From NCBI GenBank assembly GCA_964016885.1, contig OZ024746.1, positions 57,908,001 through 57,972,000 on the forward strand: a DNA stretch of 64,000 nucleotides, in the 5' to 3' direction. The notes beneath the pieces were generated by a model. That model was not told the origin of the DNA. It saw nothing but the letters and a program-made list of their open reading frames with translations, and made no database searches. This document shows, piece after piece, positions 52,480-64,000 of this stretch. Position numbers and translations under genes: made by a program. Every line of letters begins with the position of its first letter. Position 1 is the first letter of the stretch. This stretch comes from Eledone cirrhosa. Lineage: Eukaryota.

Positions 52480-53683
52480 TCATACATAAATCTACATATA
52501 CCTCTCTCTCTCTCTCATTCTCTCTCTCTCACTCTCTCTCTTTCTCACTCCCTCTCTCTCAAGTTGAATATCTATTATTCATTCTCATTCTCACCGTTAT
52601 CACTATCGTTATCTATTTCTTACATTATTCCTCTTATTCTGTCTCTCAATATCTCTTATTCTCCCTCATAGTCATTATTTCTATCTCTGCCTTTTACATT
52701 CTCTCTCTTATTGTGTTTCTATCTTCCCCTGTTTCTCTCTCTCTCATACACACACCTACATATTATTTCTCTCTTTATCAATTTCTTGCTATTTTACTTT
52801 CAATATTGGCAATCCTGCTCCTTTTTTGAAATCGATGGATAAACACCATCATCATTCTTTTCCAATCGTATCTGACCTGATTTCTTTTGGGGAAGAAAAT
52901 GTATGCTCGTACTACTTGCAAGCTGCACAACTGGTCGGCTGGATAATGTCTGCTTGTCTTTTGCTATCTGTCTGTCTGCCTGTCTGTCTGTCTGTATGTC
53001 TGACTGTCTGACTGATTCACTAACTGCCTGGTTTGATGTCGTGTAGATACAAGACCGGCATTTATGTCGATAATATATTGTCTGCTAAACATTGCAGGAT
53101 GAATGGCCGGCATATCAATCAAATCGTTTCTGTTGAATTTCTTCTGTATTATCGAAATAAAAAAGAAAGAAAAGGCAATGGCATCCGATATATTTCAAAT
53201 AATTTAGTGTAGAATTTACTATATGTACACAAATGTGAAAAACACACGTACGAACACATACGCATAATCACAACGACATACGAACTCAGGAATGCAGAGA
53301 AACAGCCACACATACTCAAATACATATAATTGCACGGCATAAACACGCGAGAACACACGCGAGAACCCACGCAAATACACAACCACGCAATGGTTTAGAT
53401 TGATTGGAAATAGGACACATATATTATCATTCATTCGTATATGATATTAATAGTTTTAGGAAAAGATATGATATATCTAGCATTAAACACATACACATAT
53501 ATGTGATATATATATATGTATACCCTTAAATGTGATATACATATGTATATATATATTATAATTGTATTTGATTAATGCTTATGAATGATATATATGTAAA
53601 TAAAATGATACAAATAGAAATATCCATATAATCATATATATAAATCTATATGCAATTATATATGTATATATATATGTATATAT

Positions 53684-53875
53684 AACAAAGGAATTGTGGT
53701 AAGGAATCAGATGGACCATAACGCACCAGAGTACTCAATACTTAGGATAGTAGAATGGGAAATAGGAAAAAGTATGACCCCGACGGCAGAGCTCAAGCCG
53801 TTTCGACACAGCTATTTCAGAAATAGCCGTGTCGAAACGGCTTGTGCTCTGCCGTCGGGGTCATACTTTTTCCTA
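53684..53875. mobile_element. fold-back element, family P1 (diverged, inverted relative to 1781)
   Basis: AAGGAATTGTGGTAAGGAATCAGATGGACC tail plus inverted arms around TTTCAGAAA. Confidence 0.8.
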
Positions 53876-53884
53876 TATATATAG

Positions 53885-54097
53885 ATATTTATTAAAATAA
53901 CAGATTAAAGTTTAAGCAAAGAATCGCTGCTTTCACCCTTAACGGGATCTTCCGTTAAGGGTGAAAGCAGCGATTCTTTGCTTAAACTTTAATCTGTTAT
54001 TTTAATAAATATTTGCTGTACGGATCTTATATATTTGATATATATTTTCTTTATCGAGCCCTCTTTGTATTTTAGTCTTCAATTTTATTAGTATTAC
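53885..54097. mobile_element. fold-back element, family P2
   Basis: Perfect ~61 bp arms 53885-54012 with a 6 nt spacer; tail homologous to 14385-14464 (inverted). Confidence 0.8.
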
Positions 54098-54124
54098 TAT
54101 ATATATAGATATATATATATATTT

Positions 54125-54884
<760 letters not shown>

Positions 54885-55381
54885 CAATATACATATATAT
54901 ATATATATATATATAACATATATGCATGCATGTGTATATATATATGTGGTTATATGTGCATGCCTGTGTATCTAAATGATTGTATATAAGAATGTGTGTG
55001 TGACTTAGATGAAGAGGAAATTATTTACATCAGACTATACGAGTGGGGTTTATGAAGATATGCGATATAGATCGTCAGAAAAGCACAGTAAGAGACAGTT
55101 AACAGTCTACAAGAGAGCGACCTATAAATATAGGCAGATAGATAAGTTGCGTGTAAAAAGATATCAAAGGTTAGAATGCATTTCTGTTTATAAATGTAAA
55201 CAATGAGGGAGGAGTGTGTCCGGAGGAAATGATGAGGTGAAAAACCATCACTTCCCTCATTGATCACTGCAACCAATTCTTGGAAGTAATCTAAAGGCTT
55301 TTCTGAGGTCAAATTGATTATAACATGTCTGATCTGTGAGCGTATAGGTTTTCAGTAAATTTCTATTGATCTGTAAATATA

Positions 55382-55519
<138 letters not shown>

Positions 55520-55939
55520 GAGAGATAAAGACACTCATACACATATGTGTATACATATATACAAGCAAACACGCATACATGTATACATATATGATGATGG
55601 CTGCAACTCGATTTTGAGTGAGGCCATCGCTTGATACTTAAACATAATTGTGGACGTGACTCTTTACTCAGGCTTGGGACTTGTCTATGGCCAGCAATGC
55701 CATGTATCACAAAAAATGTCACATATCAAGCGATGCCCGTGGTTGAATCTTTCTCAGGTGAGGAGATGCTTTGCAAGAGGCTAATCCCACTCTCCGAATA
55801 TCGAATGCATTTATCCAAACCGGTCTACATCATTGGATGCAAAAATAAATTGCAGGTTCTATATTACAGGGACCTGCTCCAGGAGAGATGTTTTAATGAA
55901 GTCTAGAGGTCTCTTGCACCACAAAATATATATACACAC

Positions 55940-56005
<66 letters not shown>

Positions 56006-56010
<5 letters not shown>

Positions 56011-56525
56011 AGTGTGCATGTATACGTACATACATATATGTATACAGACGTACAGTAGCATGCACATATATATATATATATACATATATACATACATATG
56101 CATACAGGTACACATACATATAAGCACGTATCAGTTTAGCGGCGCTAACGTCGCTTTGTTCGTTCAACTATCTGGCAGATGGGTAAACGGTGCTGATGAT
56201 AGCTAACAAGCTTGAAACTAGTACATCGTTCCTGTGTCAGTGTTGAACAAAAAGATGACGTGGTTGCCTTAACACCGTATGGCATAAATTCAGGCTGTTC
56301 AGTTTGTTTACAAACGAACAAAGCGACGTTAGCGCCGCTAAACTGATACGTGCATATATGTATGTGTACCTGTATGCATATGTATGTATATATGTATATA
56401 TATATATATATGTGCATGCTACTGTACGTCTGTATACATATATGTATGTACGTATACATGCATACTTACATTTAAGTAAGTGCCATACTAAGAGTGAGAA
56501 ATGAAATTTCGTTTTCATTTTGTTT
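56006..56525 (+). mobile_element. H2 element with ~159 bp inverted arms enclosing a hammerhead
   Basis: 56006-56164 is the reverse complement of 56313-56471; homologous to 26585-26905. Confidence 0.8.
56186..56230 (+). ncRNA. minimal type I hammerhead ribozyme
   Basis: AACGGTG CTGATGA T AGCT AACA AGCT T GAAA CTAG TA CATCGTT; predicted cleavage after A56223. Confidence 0.88.
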
Positions 56526-56530
56526 CAATT

Positions 56531-56617
<87 letters not shown>

Positions 56618-56621
56618 GTGT

Positions 56622-56689
<68 letters not shown>

Positions 56690-57264
56690 GCGTGTGTGCG
56701 TGTGCGTGTGTGTGTGAGTATATACATAATAAGTAGTAACCTTGTGTATTCTGGTGTAACGCGCGTAAATAATTTATGTGTATACACTAACTCCAACAAT
56801 AACAACACTTAGAATGAGGAATGTTCTAACAACTGACCAATGAGAGGAGAAGAGGCCCTTTGACACTAAAATTCGTTGGTTTGAATTCATATGATTCCAG
56901 TTCCTCGGAGAAATAACAACCTAGCCAGGAACTGGACATATCAGATAATTGACAAAATTATACACCTCAACAACATATGTACTTGTCTATACCACACTAA
57001 TTCGGACTGCCTGAAGAAGTCACAGCCAAAGATGGATGTCACTGAAATATATATAGCAGTAATTTACGAAGCAAAATTTTAAACATTTGACTTTTTATTT
57101 AACTTTATTTTATGTATATATAGGAAACCCATCAAATTGAAACAGAAGCTCGCTACTGTGATAACATAAAACATTCGGTCCAGTGCCATTACAAAGAATC
57201 GAAATCTGTATATCTTTAATTCCGGTCAAGCGCTTAACCACTACCCGTGCATGCGTTTCTGTGA

Positions 57265-59670
<2,406 letters not shown>

Positions 59671-61130
59671 TTGTTAATAGAATATTAGGACGGTATATTG
59701 TTACTTTTTCTTCTTGTATTTCTTTCCTTCCTCTTTGTTGTAGTTCATTATATTAGTTGTTTTCGGGCTTTGGCACTTCTTTAGTCGTATTGGTGTTTTT
59801 AGTCGTGTGCGTTCCTTCGTTGTCGATAGCCAATGATTTAAGTAATTTTCTAATGATTTGATTAGATAGGTATTAGAGAAAAAAATGAAATAACATTTAA
59901 TGTTCACTTCTCTGTAAATCTACCTGTCCTTGGATGGGTGCTGCAGCTCACACATACATATATACTTGATCCTCCATGATATTGAAATCCAGAGGAAGTT
60001 TTGGGTGTGCTTTTAACTCTATCATAAAAGACGAAGGGAAATGAAACATCTAGCTTAAGACCACAATGTGTTTTCCAGTCCACGTATCGAATTCATGGGC
60101 CTTTGCTCGAAAGTCCAACATCCCTCACCATTAAGCTATAGGCCTTTACTCATAAAAAGAGACAATGGCACAATTTTAGGTATTCAATGGAATTGTAATC
60201 TCAGATCTGGGTCAAATATTTTCCACATAGTGAATTTAAATAAACGTAATCAATATCCAACCGTTCGTGTTCCACTACACGACTAACTAAGTACAACTCT
60301 AAAAACAGGCAATAACCCTCTGATGGAATTCTACACGGTTTTCGTCGCGGAAATTTTAACCACGTTCTTCTGATTCACACATTGATATGGTAGAAGATAT
60401 AGTGTCATATATTAGCATTTAACTGCGCCACAGAATGAACTCCCTGACGGTTAGAGATATAATTATATAAAAGTAGTGGTTGCACTGGACTTTATCTCTT
60501 CAACTTAAACAGTAAGGCTGTCTTCCTCGCGATACATTACGTCACACCAGAAAACGTTCTAAACCTGAACGCTTGAATGGTACGTCGTTGATACGTTTTG
60601 CTTTTGGCAGTAAAGGATCGTAGGAATATTATTTTAACTGTCAATATCGTCATCGCCAGATATTTAATATTTCCCAGGTTAACTCCTGATGTATTGTATA
60701 GTTTACTAGGTCATTACACCTTGTTACGCTGCCGTTAAACATATTTGTTAATCATGTACAAACCTTCATAAATTGTTCAAATTATGTTTAGATAAACTTT
60801 CTCGGTTAGCTTTAATAAAAGTGTGTATGCTGTTGGACAATAACATTTATTTAAAATAGTTTGTTTCATAATCTGCAGAATAAGTAGATTCGCTATTTCC
60901 CCTTCTGCGAGTCCGTCACACATATATGTAAAAGGAAGGAAATTGGAGGAGAGAAAAGTTCTTGTTGAGAGAGAAATACAATAAGAGAGAGTGTGTGAAA
61001 GAAAGATAGATAGGTACAATATTGTCACCATAATGGCTAGAGTGTTGACAGACTTGCACTAATAATTCCTGCGTTTTTAATCAAAGCTCATTAGTTACTA
61101 TGGTAAAAACACCCTAATCTATTTAGCTAC

Positions 61131-61229
<99 letters not shown>

Positions 61230-63454
61230 CCTCTCGCTCTCTCTCGTTCTCATTCCCTTCAATGTATTTCTCTGTCAAAAACAACCACATATGTGTGTGA
61301 CTGATAGAGAAGCAGAGAACAAGTTTCTGTTATAAATATATTGTAAATGTCTTCTAAAATGTTCATGACATCTGTTGGAAGGTGATGTGACATTATATCA
61401 ACAACAAGTAGTCTGATATATGTGTTTTAAAGAAGTCAATATAACCTCTCTATCTTGGCTCTAATTGCAACAGTCAGCTCAGTATAGGGATTGCCATCTC
61501 TTTTTTTCTATTTCACCCATTCTCTATTTCCATTTAACCTTCTCATTCCTTCTATATCTTTATTTCACTCTTTCTTTTTCATTCTGTCTCTCTCTCTCTC
61601 TCTCTCTCTCTGCATGCACGCGTATGTGCGTAAGCTAAGTGCTAAGTGAACTTATCAAGATAAGTTCACTTAGCACTTAGCAATCAAAAGACATGGGGAT
61701 CGATCCCACTTCGTGGTCTCTTAGTCAAGTAACATTTATCATAGCTTCTGGGTAACTAAATCATGGAGTGAATTGGAATGACGGAAACTGTTTGAAAGAC
61801 CGCCGGATGGACAGCAAGAGTTATTCAAGATGGAACAACTGGAACAGCTATCGTCGAAATCAATAGAGTCGATTTCGTTCGATATATATATAATATATGT
61901 GTCCAGTTGCTGTTATATCGCACCAACTACACCCTAACGACACCAGCTGACTATATAATTACAACCTGACTGTTTAGGACACTCTATTATGCGCATTAGT
62001 TTGTTTATGGCTAATGAAATTTATGTGACTCCGCCTATTTCCGACTTTGATGAATGGTTAGATGAGTGAAGACTCTGTCGATTTTCTGGCGTGTTTGTGC
62101 CAACAGTAGACACCAAAATACACTTAACAAATTAATTTGTTCTCAGAGAAAGTATGGCGTCGATTGGGATGGGAAATAGTATTTCGAGGGGGAAAAACGT
62201 TCGATATTCCATCGGGCACCTTCTTTCCCCTTCCTGGACATATTATAGCTCTTGTTTTTCTATCAGTTCTACCTTATTTATGTCTATTTTTGTCTGGCTC
62301 CCTCTTTCTTCCTCTCGTTTTGTCGCGCTGCCGTTCTTTTTCCCAATATATCTCTCTCATTCAGTCTCTTCTTTATATATTCTCATTTTCGCGTCACTTT
62401 CCCATCAAAGTGTTTCGTTTCTTATCTGCTGTGTGCATCAGTAACTGTTTACTGTTTCTTTTATCGTTGTACGTCTGTGAGATATCAATGCCTCCCTTGC
62501 ACTGTGTCTGTCCTAGTAAATGGTGCTATACAGCTCTTCATTCTTAATGTTTTTCCTTACTTTCTCCATCTTATTTGCTTTTTTTTCTTTCTGCATCTGT
62601 TTTTATGTTTCCTTCTTATCTACTGCACCACCATCTCACATGTTGATCGTTCATTTACCATTACTAAAACATTTACCATTTACCATTACCAAAAAATTAC
62701 ACTTTTTCCAACACATCTCTGATAGTCCCTCTGTTATTTTCCCACTTTCTACCGCTCATTTATGCACAGTTTCAGTTACACACTGCCATACTTTTTCTTC
62801 GTTCCAATAGCATAGTCTATATTATATGTTCTCGCTTTATGGCACACAGACCCACTCACATAAGAAGCACAATTAGATCAAAAACAACACCACAAACCAC
62901 ACTAACAACAACAACAACAACAACAATAGATCACAATGTTGCAGTTCACAGAAAAGTTGAGTGTAAATATTTGAAAAGTCCTGTCCGCCAAAGCCGAAGA
63001 TTGCTTAATAAGAATCTCTAAAATAATGGAGTTTTAAATCTAGCCGTCATGTTCGGAGCTATACTTAGACAGAAAGGAGATTCTGGTCTGAGATAGTCGG
63101 GAAGAAGAACAACAACTTTTGCTGGCTTTGATAAAAGAGCAAAATAAAGCGAGAATAAATAAATCAACGATGCCATCGATTCCTCGAAGAACAGCTGGAA
63201 TTTTGCCAAATTTTACAGCCCTTTTGACATTCGAAAAACACTGTAATAAAATACGATTTAATTGTATTAGATTTTAAGCTAAAGGAAAATAAATAAAAAT
63301 TAAACTGTATCGTTTTGTTTATTTATTGTTTTTATTAATCATTATTTTTATTTATTTATTATGATTTTTATTTTCGGTTTGTCTCAGACATTACTAAAAT
63401 ATAATTCTTCTCTTAATACTCCTATTAATTATTATTATTATTGGTAATATTAGA

Positions 63455-63670
63455 GCTGTGAATTGGTAGAGTCATTAGAGCTCTGGGCAAAATGATTGGC
63501 CTTTCCTTTCGACTCTTTACATTCTGTGTTCAAACCTCGCTGAATTAATATTTGCCTTTTTTTTCTCTCCAGTTGGCGATAAGATAAAAATCACCTAAAA
63601 TACTAGTGCCTAGTTAATTGATTTGGGCTTTCCCTCAATTTGTGGCCTTATGCTTAAATTAAAAGGTATG
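63455..63670 (+). mobile_element. degraded S1-like SINE
   Basis: GAATTGGTAGAG...GTGTTCAAACCTCGC...TTTGCCTTT...TGTGGCCTTATGC. Confidence 0.55.
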
Positions 63671-64000
63671 ATTATCTTTGATTCTGCTACTTGAACACAC
63701 ATTTCACTAGCACTGCATGTGCCTTTCTGAGGAAATACATGCATTGAATGACGAGTACATTTAGTTAACTTATAAGTTAAAAGTTTCAAGTTTAGCTAAG
63801 CAGAATTTTAAACTAGAATATCAATTTAGGTCACTCAATTTTTAAAAAATCATTTATTTCTGTTACAGCTCTAGCTTAGATAACAAAGTCAATATTGTGT
63901 TCTAATTTAATCATAAGGTCAGCGATTCTGGAGGAAACGATGAGTTAATTACATTAACCCAACTGGTTGACTGGTACTTTATTATATCGAGCACAGAAAA

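Overview
AT-rich, microsatellite-dense animal DNA with no convincing intact host gene. The repeat landscape suggests a mollusc, probably an octopod cephalopod; this is inference, not verified. Three things dominate. (1) A ~20 kb stack (30027-50468) of non-LTR retrotransposons is joined mostly by (ATT)n tracts. It holds two L1/Tx1-clade APE elements on + (one with intact ORF1 and ORF2) and five R4/Dong-like RLE elements or fragments on -. (2) Several small non-coding elements sit in (TA)n tracts and carry minimal type I hammerhead ribozymes, including a 6 x 310 bp tandem array with one hammerhead per unit (retrozyme-like). (3) Many tRNA-derived SINEs and old LINE remnants are scattered throughout. 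Best leads: the hammerhead array and family (a recurring U.U at the base of stem II), a conserved 52-53 nt GT-AG intron that would fuse Tx1 ORF1 to ORF2 in frame, an ORF1 module swap at that same junction, and a SINE 3' tail matching the Tx1 3' end. All alignments and folds were done by eye.
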